A DNA stretch of 64,000 bases from contig CAVVPN010000009.1 in assembly GCA_963750165.1 (NCBI GenBank), positions 64,045-128,044 of the forward strand, in the 5' to 3' direction. Both the position numbers and the translations under genes were made by a program. The first letter of the stretch is position 1. Each line of letters opens with the position of its first letter. The notes under the pieces are model-generated. The model was not told the origin of the DNA, did no database searches, and saw only the letters and a list, made by a program, of their open reading frames with translations. The DNA is from an uncultured Gemmataceae bacterium. Lineage in GTDB: Bacteria; Planctomycetota; Planctomycetia; Gemmatales; Gemmataceae. Below, one piece after another: positions 32,919-43,378 of the stretch.

Positions 32919-33569
32919 ATGACCGACACGGAGTGGCTGGCGAGCGCCGACCCGGAGGCGCTGGTGAACTTCCTGCGCGGCCGCGCCAGCGACCGCAAAC
33001 TGCGCCTGTTCGCCTGCGCCTGCTGCCGGGACATCTGGCCCTATCTGACCGAGGAAGTCAGCCGCCGCTCCGTCGAGGCGGCGGAGGCGTTCGCCGATGG
33101 TCAGGCCAGCAAGCAAGAGTTGCGGGCCGCGAAGCGGGCGGCCGGCGCGTTCTCCGACGTGCAGGGTGCCTGGGTGGCGGCGTACGTTACCGTGGGCGCG
33201 GATGCCTGGACCGCAGCGCACGACGTGCTGGAGCACGCCGTCTGGGCCGCCGTGCCGCACGGCGGACAGCTCCTGGTGACGGATCAGCGGGCCGCGCTGG
33301 CCCGGTTCGCGCATCTGCTGCGTGACGTGATCGGTAACCCGTTCCGCCCGGCGTTGGCCGACCCCGCCTGGCTGACGTGGGCCGACGGCACCGTCCCGCG
33401 CCTGGCCCAGGCGATCTACGAGGGTCGTCGCTTCGAGCAACTGCCGATCCTGGCGGACGCTCTTGAGGAGGCCGGTTGCGCCGACGCCGCCATCCTCGGG
33501 CACTGCCGCAGCCCGGCGGCGCACGCCCGCGGTTGCTGGGGGCTCGACCTGCTGCTCGGAAAGGGGTGA
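32919..33569 (+). CDS. Gemmataceae 'RKLRLFACACCR...LADALEEAGC...RGCW' family protein
   Basis: Same N- and C-terminal motifs as the four genes at 59.3-62.3 kb. Confidence 0.8.
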   Translation: MTDTEWLASADPEALVNFLRGRASDRKLRLFACACCRDIWPYLTEEVSRRSVEAAEAFADGQASKQELRAAKRAAGAFSDVQGAWVAAYVTVGADAWTAAHDVLEHAVWAAVPHGGQLLVTDQRAALARFAHLLRDVIGNPFRPALADPAWLTWADGTVPRLAQAIYEGRRFEQLPILADALEEAGCADAAILGHCRSPAAHARGCWGLDLLLGKG

Positions 33570-33572
33570 GCA

Positions 33573-34224
33573 GTGACGGAGAAGGAATGGCACCGCCGCA
33601 GGGATCCGCGGCGACTGTTGCTGTACCTGCGCCTCCCGGGCGAGCCCGCGCCAGCTGCGGCTGCTTGCCTGTGGTTGCTGCCGGCAAGTCTGGCAGCTGC
33701 TCGACGACGAACGCAGCCGAGCTGCCGTCGAGGCCGCCGAGCGCTTTGCCGACGGCCGCGCCGACCTGGAGAGCTTGCTCCAGGCGCGCGGGGACGCTTC
33801 CGAGGCGGCCGGCAGGACAGGCGACAACAGTTTCCAGCGCGTCGCCGCCCATTTCGCCACCGACCCGGACGCCTGGGCCGCCGCCTTCCACGCCTGCGGC
33901 TACGCCTGCGTGCGATTCAAGAGCCAGTTTGAATGCGACCGTGATGCCATGGCCGCGCACAAGGCAGCCCAGGCGAACCTTGTCCGCGACCTGTTCGGCA
34001 ACCCCTTCCGCCCCGTCACCCTCGACCCCATGGCGCTGACGCCAACCGTGGAGCAATTTGCCGAGTCCGTCTACGACGACCGCTCGTTCGAGCGGCTGCC
34101 GATCCTCGCGGACGCGCTGGAAGAAGCGGGCTGCACTGACGCCGCCATCCTCGGGCATTGCCGCGGCCCGGGGCCACACGCTCGGGGCTGCTGGGTGCTT
34201 GATCTGTTGCTGGGTAAGCAGTGA
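33573..34224 (+). CDS. second member of the same family (frameshift near 33650)
   Basis: MTEKEW...DP start; LRLLACGCCRQVW and LVRDLFGNPFRPV...LADALEEAGC...RGCWVLDLLLGKQ in the shifted frame. Confidence 0.75.
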
Positions 34225-34245
34225 ATTGGCGGTCCCCACGGCCGC

Positions 34246-35196
34246 TCACTTGCCGTTCTCGGCGTCGCGCAGGTGCCGGCCGGTCAGCGTCACGAACACG
34301 TCCTCCAGCGTCGCGTGCCGGGTCGTCAGCCGTGCCAGGCCGACGCGCTGCCCCTGCAAGTGCTCCAGCAGCGCCGGTAGCGTGACGTGAACCGCCGTCA
34401 CGGCCAGGCAATACACCTCCCCCTCCAGCCGCGCCGACACCACCGCCGGCAGTGCCTTCAGGCCATCGAGCCCCACCGCCTCCCCCTCAGTCAGCGTGAA
34501 CTCGATGAAGTGCTCGCCGCCCAGCCGCGCGATCAGCTCCTGCGGCGAGCCCAGGGCAATCACCTTGCCGGCGTCCACCACCGCGACGCGGTCGCACAGC
34601 TTCTCGGCCTCATCCATGTAATGGGTCGTCAACAGGACGGTCCGCCCCTGGGCACGCAGGCTGCGGACGATCTCCCACAACTGGCGGCGCGACTGCGGGT
34701 CCAGTCCGGTCGTCGGCTCGTCGAGGAACAGCAACTCCGGGTCGCCCACCAGGGCGCACGCCAGCGACAGCCGTTGCTTCTGCCCCCCCGACAGCTTGCC
34801 GACGAAGGCCGACACCTTCTCGGTCAGGCCCACCAGCCCCAGGACGGTCTGCGGCTCCAGGCCGCGGCGATAAAAGCTGCGGAACAGCGTCACCGTCTCG
34901 CCGACCGTCAATTTTTCCGACAGGCGGGTTTCTTGAAGCGAGATGCCCAGCCGCTGGCGCAGCTCGTCGTCGTTCTGGCCCCACGGCTGGCCGAGGACGC
35001 GCACCTCGCCGGACGTGGCGGGCAGCAGCCCTTCCAGAATCTCAATGGTCGTGGTCTTGCCGGCGCCGTTCGGCCCGAGCAGGCCGAAGCACTCGCCCTG
35101 GTGGACTTCCAGGTCGAGCCCGTTGACGGCGTCCACGGGGGCCGGCCGGGCGGGGTAACGCTTACGCAGGTCGCGGCATGCAATGGCGGGTGTCAT
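34246..35196 (-). CDS. ABC transporter ATP-binding protein
   Basis: GPNGAGKTT, LSGGQKQR, LFLDEPTTGLD, TTHYMDEA. Confidence 0.95.
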   Translation of the reverse strand: MTPAIACRDLRKRYPARPAPVDAVNGLDLEVHQGECFGLLGPNGAGKTTTIEILEGLLPATSGEVRVLGQPWGQNDDELRQRLGISLQETRLSEKLTVGETVTLFRSFYRRGLEPQTVLGLVGLTEKVSAFVGKLSGGQKQRLSLACALVGDPELLFLDEPTTGLDPQSRRQLWEIVRSLRAQGRTVLLTTHYMDEAEKLCDRVAVVDAGKVIALGSPQELIARLGGEHFIEFTLTEGEAVGLDGLKALPAVVSARLEGEVYCLAVTAVHVTLPALLEHLQGQRVGLARLTTRHATLEDVFVTLTGRHLRDAENGK

Positions 35197-35329
35197 GCAG
35201 CGAATTATAGGGAGTGCGGCCGCTCGCCGCCGAGCCGGGGCACTCCTTAAAATGGAGGCAAGCGCTTCCCCCCATTCAGATCCAGGCTACACGACCGCGA
35301 AGCGGACCAACCAACAAGGGAGATCGATC

Positions 35330-36124
35330 ATGGCGGACACGAACCCGCCCGGCAACGACGACCTGATCCGGCAGGCCCGGCAGACGATCCAGGGCTGGCA
35401 GAATGCCGGCGTGGAATTCGTCGCCCGCCAGGAACTGCCGCCGGAGCCCGCTCCCGAAGCGGTCGGCGCCGCCCAGCCGCTGTCGCTCTTCGACGAGCCG
35501 GCCGCCGCGCCGACGCCGACGGCGGACAGGGAACTGACTGTCGAGCAGCGCCGCCAGGCCCTGGAGTTGTTGGCCGAGCAGGTGTCCACCTGCCCGCGCT
35601 GCCCCGAGCTGTGTTCGACGCGCACGCAGACGGTTTTCGCCGACGGCCCAGCCGGCGCGGAGGTCTGCTTCATCGGCGAGGCCCCGGGCAAGGACGAGGA
35701 CGAGCAGGGCAAGCCGTTCGTCGGTCCTGCCGGCCAGCTGCTCAACAAGATCATCGTCGCTTGCGGATTTAAGCGAGAGGAAGTGTATATCATGAACACG
35801 CTCAAGTGCCGCCCCCCCGGCAACCGCACGCCGCTGGCCTCGGAGGTGGCCAACTGTCGCAGTTACTTCGAGCGGCAACTGGAGCTGGTGGTGCCAAAGT
35901 ATATCGTCGCGCTCGGCGGCACCGCGGCGCAGACCGTCCTTGGCGTCACCATGTCGATGAGCAGGCTGCGCGGCCGCTTCCACGACTACCGTGGCATCCC
36001 CGTGCTGTGTACGTATCACCCCGCGTTTCTGCTGCCGCACCGCAGTCCGGAGAAGAAGAAGGAAGTCTGGGAGGACATGAAGTTGCTGCTGGCGCGGATG
36101 GGCCGCCCGGTGCCGGGGAAGTGA
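35330..36124 (+). CDS. family-4 uracil-DNA glycosylase
   Basis: CPRCPEL, IGEAPGKDED..GKPFVGPAGQLL, NTLKCRPPGNR, TYHPAFL. Confidence 0.93.
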   Translation: MADTNPPGNDDLIRQARQTIQGWQNAGVEFVARQELPPEPAPEAVGAAQPLSLFDEPAAAPTPTADRELTVEQRRQALELLAEQVSTCPRCPELCSTRTQTVFADGPAGAEVCFIGEAPGKDEDEQGKPFVGPAGQLLNKIIVACGFKREEVYIMNTLKCRPPGNRTPLASEVANCRSYFERQLELVVPKYIVALGGTAAQTVLGVTMSMSRLRGRFHDYRGIPVLCTYHPAFLLPHRSPEKKKEVWEDMKLLLARMGRPVPGK

Positions 36125-39100
36125 TGAGGCCCCACATGGACATCGAACGCAGTCTGCTGTTCGCGGTGCTCGCGCTGCGCGAGACGCCACCCGACCTGCC
36201 GGCGTTGACCGCCGCCTGCCGTGCCTGGGCCGCCCGCCCCGACGCCCCGCTCGCCGAGGCCCTGGTGAACCACGGTCTGCTCACCCCGGAAGACCGCGCC
36301 CGCGTCGAGGAGCTGGTGCGCCGCCAGCTGGAGACGCCGACCGTCGGTTCGGTCGCCGGCCTGCCGCTGCCGCCGCCGGTCACCACCGCCGAGCTGCCCG
36401 CGCGCGTCGGGCGCCTGTTCGACCCCGCCGCGCCCGAAGCCGGGGCCGCCACGGAGTCGCGCTACCAGCGCCTGAGCCTGCACGGGGCCGGCGGCATCGG
36501 TCAGGTCTGGCTCGCGCGCGACACCGAACTCGGCCGCGATGTGGCCCTGAAGCAGCTGCGGCCCGAGACGGCCCAGGACGCCGCCAGCCGCGCCCGCTTC
36601 CTCGAAGAGGCCCGCGTCACCGGTCAGCTGGAGCATCCCAACATCGTGCCCGTCCACGACCTGGTGCGGCCGGCCGACGGCAGCCAGCCGTACTACATCA
36701 TGCGCTTCGTCAAGGGCCGCACCCTCAGCGCCGCCGTCGCGGCCTACCACGACAACCCGCAGGCTGGCCGGATCGAACTGCTCGGCCTGATGAACGCCTT
36801 CCTGGCCGTCTGCAACGCCCTGGCCTTCGCCCATTCCCGGGGCGTTCTGCACCGCGACCTGAAGGGCCAGAACGTCATCCTCGGCGAGTTCGGCGAGGTC
36901 AACGTGCTCGACTGGGGCCTGGCCCGCCGCATGGGGGACCGGGAAACCGCGAACGCCCTGGTGCCGGCCGCGGACGGCCCCGGCCCCACGCCGACGCTGC
37001 CCGGCCAGGTGCTGGGCACGCCCGGCTACATGGCCCCCGAGCAGGCCGCCGGCCGCACGGACGAGATCGACGCCCGCACCGACGTCTACGGCCTGGGGGC
37101 GATCCTGTACGAGGTGCTGACCGGCCGACCGCCGTTCAGCACCGCCGTCGGCACGGGCACCGGCATCGTCACGGCCCTGGACCTGCCGGCCCTGCTGCGG
37201 CGCATCCAGACGGAGTCGCCGCGGCCGCCGCGCCAGGTCCGGCCCGCCGCGCCGCCCGCCCTGGAAGCGATCTGCCTCAAGGCACTGAGCCGCCGGCGCG
37301 AGGACCGCTACCAGAGCGCCGCGGAACTGGCCCGCGACGTGCAGCGCTGGCTGGCCGACGAGCCCGTCAGCGTCTACCGCGAGCCCCTGGCGGCGCGGCT
37401 GGGCCGCTGGAGCCGCCGCCATCGGTTGGCCGTCACGAGCCTGGCCGTGCTGCTGGTCTGTGCCGTGCTCGGCCTGACGGTCAGCACCATCCTGGTCAAC
37501 GCGGAGCGGCAGCGCACCGAAGAGGCCCGGCTGCGGGCGGAGCAGAATTACGCCACCGCCCGCGCCGCGGTCAAACAATTCTTCGTGCAGGTGAGCGAGG
37601 AGCGGCTGTTGAACGAGCCGGGCCTGCAACCGCTGCGGCAGGAACTGCTGCGCACGGCCAACAACTTCTTCGCCAAGTTGGCGGCCGCCGAGGACGACCC
37701 GGGACTGCGTGCCGACCACGGCCGGGCGCTGCTGGCGCTGGCGGAGGTGTCGCAGAACCTCGGCCAGACCGAGGCGGCGCTGGAGCGCGTCCGCCAGGCG
37801 GAGGTCATCTTCACGGCCCTGCGCGACCGGCAGCCGGAAGAGCCCGAACACCGCCACGAGCTGGGCCGCTGTCACCTGAGACGCGGCAACTTCCTGTATC
37901 TGGCGCAGGGGCCGGTGCCGAAAGCTGCGGCGGAATGGAACCGGGCCCGCCCGGAGTTGCATGCCGCCGGCCCAACCGAGGCGGTGCGCCGCGACCTGGC
38001 GTTCTGCGCCAACAGCCTCGGCAGTTATTACAACCGCCAGGCGCTGCAGGCGGGGCCAGAGCGCCGCGCCGAGCTGTTCGCCGCGTCGGCCCGGGAGTAC
38101 GACAAGGCCCGGCGCGGCTGGGAAGCGCTGCTGCGCGACCATCCCGCGTCGGGCGAGTACCAGAGCCATCTGGCGGGGCTGTACCAGAACCTCGGCGTGC
38201 TGCACCACCAGGCGGGCCGCGAGCAGCAAGGGCACGAGGCCATTCTGGAGTGTGTGCGACTGCGCGCGGACCTGCTGCGGCGCGCGCCGCACAACCTCGA
38301 ATACCAGTCCAACCTCGGCACCGCCTACACCAACCTGGGCCTGTCGCTGCGGGCGCTGCGGCAGCCCGCCGCGGCCGCGACGGCTTACGAACAGGCACTG
38401 GCCCTGCTGCGGCCGGTGGCGGAGAAGAACGCGGCGGTCACGCGCTACCAGTTTGAACTGGCAGGCGTTTACTACAGCCGGAGCATGCTGCGTCAGGAGC
38501 GACTGCCGCCGCCCAGTGATCGCGGCTATCGGCCAGCCTGGGAGGCGGCCCTGGAGGATATGCGCCGGGCCCGGGACATCTACGACGACCTGTATCGGAA
38601 GTTCCCGCGCGAGAAAAAATTCGAGGCCAGTGCCGCCACGGTGCTCGCCAATCTGGGCGATCTGTGGTATCTCGTGGACCGGCGCGAGGCCGTGACCTGG
38701 TACGACCGGGCGGTGCCGTGGCTGGAGCGCCTGGCGACTGACCCCACCGCCCCGGGATACGTGTCGGCCGGTCTGGCCAGCGCCTGCTGGGGCCGGGCCG
38801 AGGGGCTGGGCGAACGCGGCGACTACGCCGGCGCGGTCGCCAACTGGGATCGGTATTTTTCATTGCGCAGCCCACCGGCGGGCAGCCCCCAGCGCCTGCT
38901 GCGGGCGAAAAGCCGGCTCGGGTTGGCGACGGTGCTGGCCCGGCGGCGCGACCACGCCGGGGCCGTCGCCGAACTGGAGAAACTGACCGCGGAAGAGGCA
39001 TTACCCGCTGGGATTTGGTGGAAAGCCGGGCAACTGCTCGGCTACTGTGCCGAGGTCGCCCTGGAAGGGGGCCGGCAGTCCCTGGCGGAGCGCTGGGCGG

Positions 39101-39156
39101 CGGCGGCCGTGCGCCTGCTGCGGCGGGCCCGCGAGGCCGGCTATCCAGAGCGCTGA
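36124..39156 (+). CDS. Ser/Thr kinase with TM and TPR repeats
   Basis: GAGGIGQVW, VALK, HRDLKGQN, DWG, GTPGYMAPE; TM helix; TPR-like C-terminus. Confidence 0.92.
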   Translation: MRPHMDIERSLLFAVLALRETPPDLPALTAACRAWAARPDAPLAEALVNHGLLTPEDRARVEELVRRQLETPTVGSVAGLPLPPPVTTAELPARVGRLFDPAAPEAGAATESRYQRLSLHGAGGIGQVWLARDTELGRDVALKQLRPETAQDAASRARFLEEARVTGQLEHPNIVPVHDLVRPADGSQPYYIMRFVKGRTLSAAVAAYHDNPQAGRIELLGLMNAFLAVCNALAFAHSRGVLHRDLKGQNVILGEFGEVNVLDWGLARRMGDRETANALVPAADGPGPTPTLPGQVLGTPGYMAPEQAAGRTDEIDARTDVYGLGAILYEVLTGRPPFSTAVGTGTGIVTALDLPALLRRIQTESPRPPRQVRPAAPPALEAICLKALSRRREDRYQSAAELARDVQRWLADEPVSVYREPLAARLGRWSRRHRLAVTSLAVLLVCAVLGLTVSTILVNAERQRTEEARLRAEQNYATARAAVKQFFVQVSEERLLNEPGLQPLRQELLRTANNFFAKLAAAEDDPGLRADHGRALLALAEVSQNLGQTEAALERVRQAEVIFTALRDRQPEEPEHRHELGRCHLRRGNFLYLAQGPVPKAAAEWNRARPELHAAGPTEAVRRDLAFCANSLGSYYNRQALQAGPERRAELFAASAREYDKARRGWEALLRDHPASGEYQSHLAGLYQNLGVLHHQAGREQQGHEAILECVRLRADLLRRAPHNLEYQSNLGTAYTNLGLSLRALRQPAAAATAYEQALALLRPVAEKNAAVTRYQFELAGVYYSRSMLRQERLPPPSDRGYRPAWEAALEDMRRARDIYDDLYRKFPREKKFEASAATVLANLGDLWYLVDRREAVTWYDRAVPWLERLATDPTAPGYVSAGLASACWGRAEGLGERGDYAGAVANWDRYFSLRSPPAGSPQRLLRAKSRLGLATVLARRRDHAGAVAELEKLTAEEALPAGIWWKAGQLLGYCAEVALEGGRQSLAERWAAAAVRLLRRAREAGYPER

Positions 39157-39255
39157 GCCGCAAGCGGCAGAAAGAGGGGTGTAGCGCCGCACCAACCTTG
39201 CAATGCCTCCTGCCGTCGTCTATACAAATACTCACACATCAATGCGACGGGAGGC

Positions 39256-39942
39256 ATGCCCATGATCGACGAGTTACCGCCGGAAGAACTGCTCGGTGCC
39301 GTGGACCGGCTGGTGCGCGAAGTGCTCGACGAGGCAGCACTGCGTGAGCCACCGGTTGATGCCGTGGCGCTGGCGCTGCAATTCCTGCCGCCGCAGGAGC
39401 AGCGGCCGCGCCGTGGTCAGCGCCGGCCCGCGGTGGCGCAGGAGCAGACGGAGGAACAGAAGCAGTGGGCGGCGGCCCGGCAGCTGGGCCGCCACCTCAA
39501 GGACGTGCTGCTGGAGCGTCTGGGTGTCGCGGAAGAGGCGGCCCGCGGACTGCCCGGGGCCACGCTGGTTAACCTGTTCGCGCCGCGGTTGCTGCTGCCG
39601 GCCGACTGGTTCGCCGCCGACGCCGCCGCGCTGGATTACGACGTGCTGCGGCTCAAGGAGCGCTACCCGACCTGCACGCACGAGGTCATCGCCCTGCGGC
39701 TGCTGGACCTGCCCGAGCCGTGCATCATCACCGTGCTCGACGGCGACCGCGTCCACCGCCGCCGCAGCAACGCCTGGCCGGTGCGCCGCCCGCTGGAGCC
39801 GGCCGAGCAGAAGTGTCAGCGCACCATCCAGCGCCACGGCCAGCCACACGTCATCCGCGCCGACAACTGGACCGTGCAGGGCTGGCCCATCCGCGAGACC
39901 GACGGCCAGCGCATCATTCTGCGGAGCGTCGTCGAGACGTGA
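39256..39942 (+). CDS. ImmA/IrrE-like protein with degenerate metal motif
   Basis: EPPVDAVALA, QWAAARQLGRH (in place of AHExxH), NLFAPRLLLP, EVIALRL. Confidence 0.6.
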   Translation: MPMIDELPPEELLGAVDRLVREVLDEAALREPPVDAVALALQFLPPQEQRPRRGQRRPAVAQEQTEEQKQWAAARQLGRHLKDVLLERLGVAEEAARGLPGATLVNLFAPRLLLPADWFAADAAALDYDVLRLKERYPTCTHEVIALRLLDLPEPCIITVLDGDRVHRRRSNAWPVRRPLEPAEQKCQRTIQRHGQPHVIRADNWTVQGWPIRETDGQRIILRSVVET

Positions 39943-39948
39943 CAATCG

Positions 39949-40733
39949 TTACGCGCCCGTCCGCCGGCCGACCACCGTGAACAGATCGACCGGCTTGCCC
40001 TGAAACAGCTGGCGGTGCGTCGTCACCGTCGTCCGCTCGAACCCCAGCACGCCGAGCATTGCCTGCACCGCTTCCGGACTGAACTGCCACCAACTCGTCG
40101 GAGGCGCCGCCCGGCGGAAGTCCGGCAGAAAGCGCACGGCCGGCCCCGTCAACCGCCGCCGCAGCCAGCGCTTCCACCACGCCCGGCTGGCGAGCAACTC
40201 CGTCACGATCACCGTTTCGCGCGTCAGCCGCAGCGCCTGCTCCAGTGCCAGGAACGGGTCGCGCAGGTGCAGTAGCACGCAGCCGAACGTGGCCACGTCC
40301 ACCGGGCCGAGGGCGTCCGGGACGGCGTAGGCGCTGCCGTGGACGACGCGGGCGCGCGAGCCGAGCAGGCGGTGGCAGAGCCAGAAGGCGTTGTGCAGTT
40401 TGTCGAGGTGAGTGCGGCAGGCGTCGCGCCAGGCCGGCAGGTCGGTGCGGGTGTAGGGCACCAAATCCGGCGGCTGCGTCGCGGGCAGGTCGAGGGCGAC
40501 CACATCGGCGCCGCGCTGCTCCATTGCGAAGGTGAGGAAGCCGCTGGCGGGGCCGATTTCGAGGACGCGCTTGCCCTGCAGGTCGGTGCCGCCGAGGTAG
40601 GCGTCCACGCCGGGCGCAGGTCCCATTCGCCGGGCTGGACGCCGTGGCCGGGCACGTCCGTGGTGTGGTAGAAGTAGCAGGATTTCAGGTCATCGACGAA
40701 GCGCGGCTCGGCGTAGAGAGCGGTGCCGTCCAT
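39949..40733 (-). CDS. class I SAM-dependent methyltransferase (frameshift near 40620)
   Basis: FYHTTDVPGHGVQPGEWDLR, then KRVLEIGPASGFL and GCVLLHLRDP in the second frame. Confidence 0.85.
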
Positions 40734-40766
40734 GAACTCGCGATCCTCCGTGTCGGCCGCGCCCCA

Positions 40767-41171
40767 TCACGCCCCAGGTTCAGACCGGAGGCGTTCAACG
40801 ACATGGGAACGGACCCACTCCGTGAATGCCTCTCGTTCCAACTCCCCGGCTGCCAGGCGAAGGATGACGGCTTCCTGCTCGTCCACCGGCGCGCTCAGTT
40901 CGTGGCCGTTCAGCACCAGGAACGTTTCCATCGCCGCGTGACCGATGCGCTTGTTGCCGTCCACGAACGGGTGGTTCATGACCAGCGAAAACGCCAGCGC
41001 CGCTGCCTTGTCCGCCAGCGTTGGGTAAAGATCCACTCCGCCAAAGGCCATGCGCGGTTGAACCATGGCCGAGTCGAGTCCGCCGTGATCGCGAACGCCC
41101 GGCGCACCGCCGGCTTGTTCGATCGTCCGGCGGTGCAGGTCCAGCAACTCTCCGAGTGTCAAGTAGAACAT
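40767..41171 (-). CDS. doc: Doc/Fic-family toxin
   Basis: GVRDHGGLDSA, DKAAAL, NHPFVDGNKR Fic motif. Confidence 0.9.
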   Translation of the reverse strand: MFYLTLGELLDLHRRTIEQAGGAPGVRDHGGLDSAMVQPRMAFGGVDLYPTLADKAAALAFSLVMNHPFVDGNKRIGHAAMETFLVLNGHELSAPVDEQEAVILRLAAGELEREAFTEWVRSHVVERLRSEPGA

Positions 41172-41368
41172 CAGGCCAACCGCCGGTACAGTTCCGCGTT
41201 CTTGGCCAACACGTAGCGCGCCGCCTCCAAAAACTCTTCCCGCGGCCGCTCCAGCCACTCCTGCAAGCCGAGTTGTGCCAGTTCCTCGGGGCTAACGCCG
41301 GCGCGCTGAGCCAAAGACTTCAGCCGGTCCAGCTGGTCTTCGTGCAGCGCAATCGTAATGGTGGTCAT
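41171..41368 (-). CDS. putative antitoxin (RHH-like)
   Basis: 65 aa, TITIAL...LKSLAQRAGVSPEEL...KNAELYRRLA; its stop overlaps the doc start. Confidence 0.8.
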   Translation of the reverse strand: MTTITIALHEDQLDRLKSLAQRAGVSPEELAQLGLQEWLERPREEFLEAARYVLAKNAELYRRLA

Positions 41369-41377
41369 CGTCCCTCC

Positions 41378-42535
41378 TCAGATCGCCTCGAAAATCGTCG
41401 CGATGCCCTGCCCCGCGCCGATGCACATGGTCGCCAGCCCCAGCCGCGCCTTCCGCGCCATCATGGCATGAATCAGCGTCGTCGCGATACGCGCCCCGCT
41501 ACCACCGAGCGGATGGCCGATGGCGATGGCGCCGCCGCGCACGTTCACCTTCTCCGGGTCCGCCTTGAGCACCTTCATCACCGCCAGTGTCTGCGCCGCG
41601 AACGCCTCGTTGATCTCGATCAGGTCGATGTCCGTCAGCTTCAGGCCGGCGCGCTCCAGCGCCTTGTGCGTCGCCGGCACCGGGCCGATGCCCATCACCG
41701 CCGGATCGACGCCCGCCACCGCCATCGCCCGAATCCGCACCTTCGGCGTCAGCCCCAGCTCCTTCGCCTTCTCCTCCGACACGACCAGCAGCGCCGCGGC
41801 GCCGACGTTGATCGGGCTGGCGTTGCCGGCCGTCACGCTGCCGCCCTCCGGCATGAACACCGGCTTGAGCGCCGCCAGCGCCTCCAGGCTGGTGTCGCGG
41901 CGGATGCACTGGTCCTCCGTCAGCAGTTTCTTGCGGCCCTCCTCGTCGCGGCCCCAGGTGGGGATGACCTCTTTCGCGAACGCCCCGGAGTCGGTCGCCT
42001 CGGCGGCGCGGCGGTGGCTGCGCAGGGCGAACTCGTCCTGCTCCTTGCGGCTGATGCGGTACTTCAGGGCCAGGTTTTCCGCGGTCAGGCCCATGTTGAG
42101 CGTGGCCTGGCTGTTGCGGAAGAAGAAGCGCGGGCTGGGGTCGAAGCCGGCCTCCATCGGGATGTGCTGCATGTGCTCGACGCCGCCGGCGATCAGCACC
42201 TCCTCGCAGTTGGCGGCGATGGCCTGGGCCGCGGAGTTGATGGCCTGCAGGCTGGAGCCGCAGTTGCGATTGACCGTGACGCCGCCGACCTCGACCGGCA
42301 GTCCCGCGATCAGCGACGCCATGCGGGCCACGTCGTAGCCCTGCTCCTTCTCCTGCTTGACGCAGCCCCAGTGAATGTCCTCGACCAGGGACGCGGGGAT
42401 GTTGACGCGCTCGATCAGGGCCTTCATCAGGTCGGCGGACAGGTCGTCGGCGCGGACATCACGGAAGATGCCTTTTTCGGGATGGGCACGGCCGACAGGC
42501 GTCCGCACCGCTTCGATGACGACGGCGTGTTTCAT
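41378..42535 (-). CDS. thiolase (acetyl-CoA C-acyltransferase)
   Basis: VRTPVGR, NRNCGSS, TAGNAS, NEAFA, GAIAIGHPLGGSG, MCIGAGQG. Confidence 0.95.
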   Translation of the reverse strand: MKHAVVIEAVRTPVGRAHPEKGIFRDVRADDLSADLMKALIERVNIPASLVEDIHWGCVKQEKEQGYDVARMASLIAGLPVEVGGVTVNRNCGSSLQAINSAAQAIAANCEEVLIAGGVEHMQHIPMEAGFDPSPRFFFRNSQATLNMGLTAENLALKYRISRKEQDEFALRSHRRAAEATDSGAFAKEVIPTWGRDEEGRKKLLTEDQCIRRDTSLEALAALKPVFMPEGGSVTAGNASPINVGAAALLVVSEEKAKELGLTPKVRIRAMAVAGVDPAVMGIGPVPATHKALERAGLKLTDIDLIEINEAFAAQTLAVMKVLKADPEKVNVRGGAIAIGHPLGGSGARIATTLIHAMMARKARLGLATMCIGAGQGIATIFEAI

Positions 42536-42672
42536 GACGGGACCTCCTTGAAGATCGGTACACCTTCATGGTAGGTCGGCGGCGGCGGGCGGACAATGCA
42601 CGGCGGTCGCTCTGGTGCCGGGGGGCGGGGTTGGTATGATGAGGCTCGCCCAGGGGCATGGCAGGAGAAATC

Positions 42673-43344
42673 ATGATGGTTCACTTTTCTACTGACGAAG
42701 TAGACCTGTTGAGTGTACCCTTCTGGGTGGTCGATCTGGAGTCGTTTCGTCGCTGGACGGACTCCGACGATTTCCCGGAGAAAACGCGCGCACTGTACCT
42801 GAAGGGTGAGGTCTGGGTGGACATGGGGAGGCAACAGGTCTTTACTCATGTCGCTGTCAAAACCGAGATCAACCGGGTGCTCAGCAACCTCGCCAAGGGC
42901 AGCGGCCTGGGAAGGCTCTTTTGTGACGGCCTGTTTCTGAGCAACGTCACGGCTGATTTCGATGGCGTGCCGGATGCCGTATTCCTGTCAACGGAAACGC
43001 TGCAGTCGGAACGTGTACGCTGGTTGGAGAGCGAACGCGACGGCGGCTGCGTGGAGGTCGAAGGGACGCCGGATATGGTGCTTGAGGTCGTCAGTCGCAG
43101 TTCCGTCCGCAAGGACACGGTCTTACTTCGGCAAGCCTACTGGGAGGCCGACATCCCCGAATACTGGCTCGTGGACGCTCGCAAGGAACCGCTCAAGTTC
43201 GACATCCTGCGGCACACGACGAAGGGCTACACGGTGCGCAAGCAGGACGGTTGGGTGAAGTCGGCGGTCTTCGGCAAGGCGTTCCGCCTGACCCAGCACC
43301 TCAGCGGCGCCGGTCATCCCGACTTCACGCTGGAGGTGCGCTGA
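42673..43344 (+). CDS. Uma2 (DUF820) family endonuclease-fold protein
   Basis: PDAVF, PDMVLEVVSRSSVRKD, YWEADIPEYWLVD. Confidence 0.85.
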   Translation: MMVHFSTDEVDLLSVPFWVVDLESFRRWTDSDDFPEKTRALYLKGEVWVDMGRQQVFTHVAVKTEINRVLSNLAKGSGLGRLFCDGLFLSNVTADFDGVPDAVFLSTETLQSERVRWLESERDGGCVEVEGTPDMVLEVVSRSSVRKDTVLLRQAYWEADIPEYWLVDARKEPLKFDILRHTTKGYTVRKQDGWVKSAVFGKAFRLTQHLSGAGHPDFTLEVR

Positions 43345-43378
43345 AGCTGGGCGCGGCGCGAAAATCGAAAATTCCGCC

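Noticed and set aside
36016..38292. long antisense or alternative-frame ORFs, here and at e.g. 23984, 25006, 26693 and 44903
   Set aside because: Shadows of high-GC coding genes; R/A/G/P-rich with no motifs.
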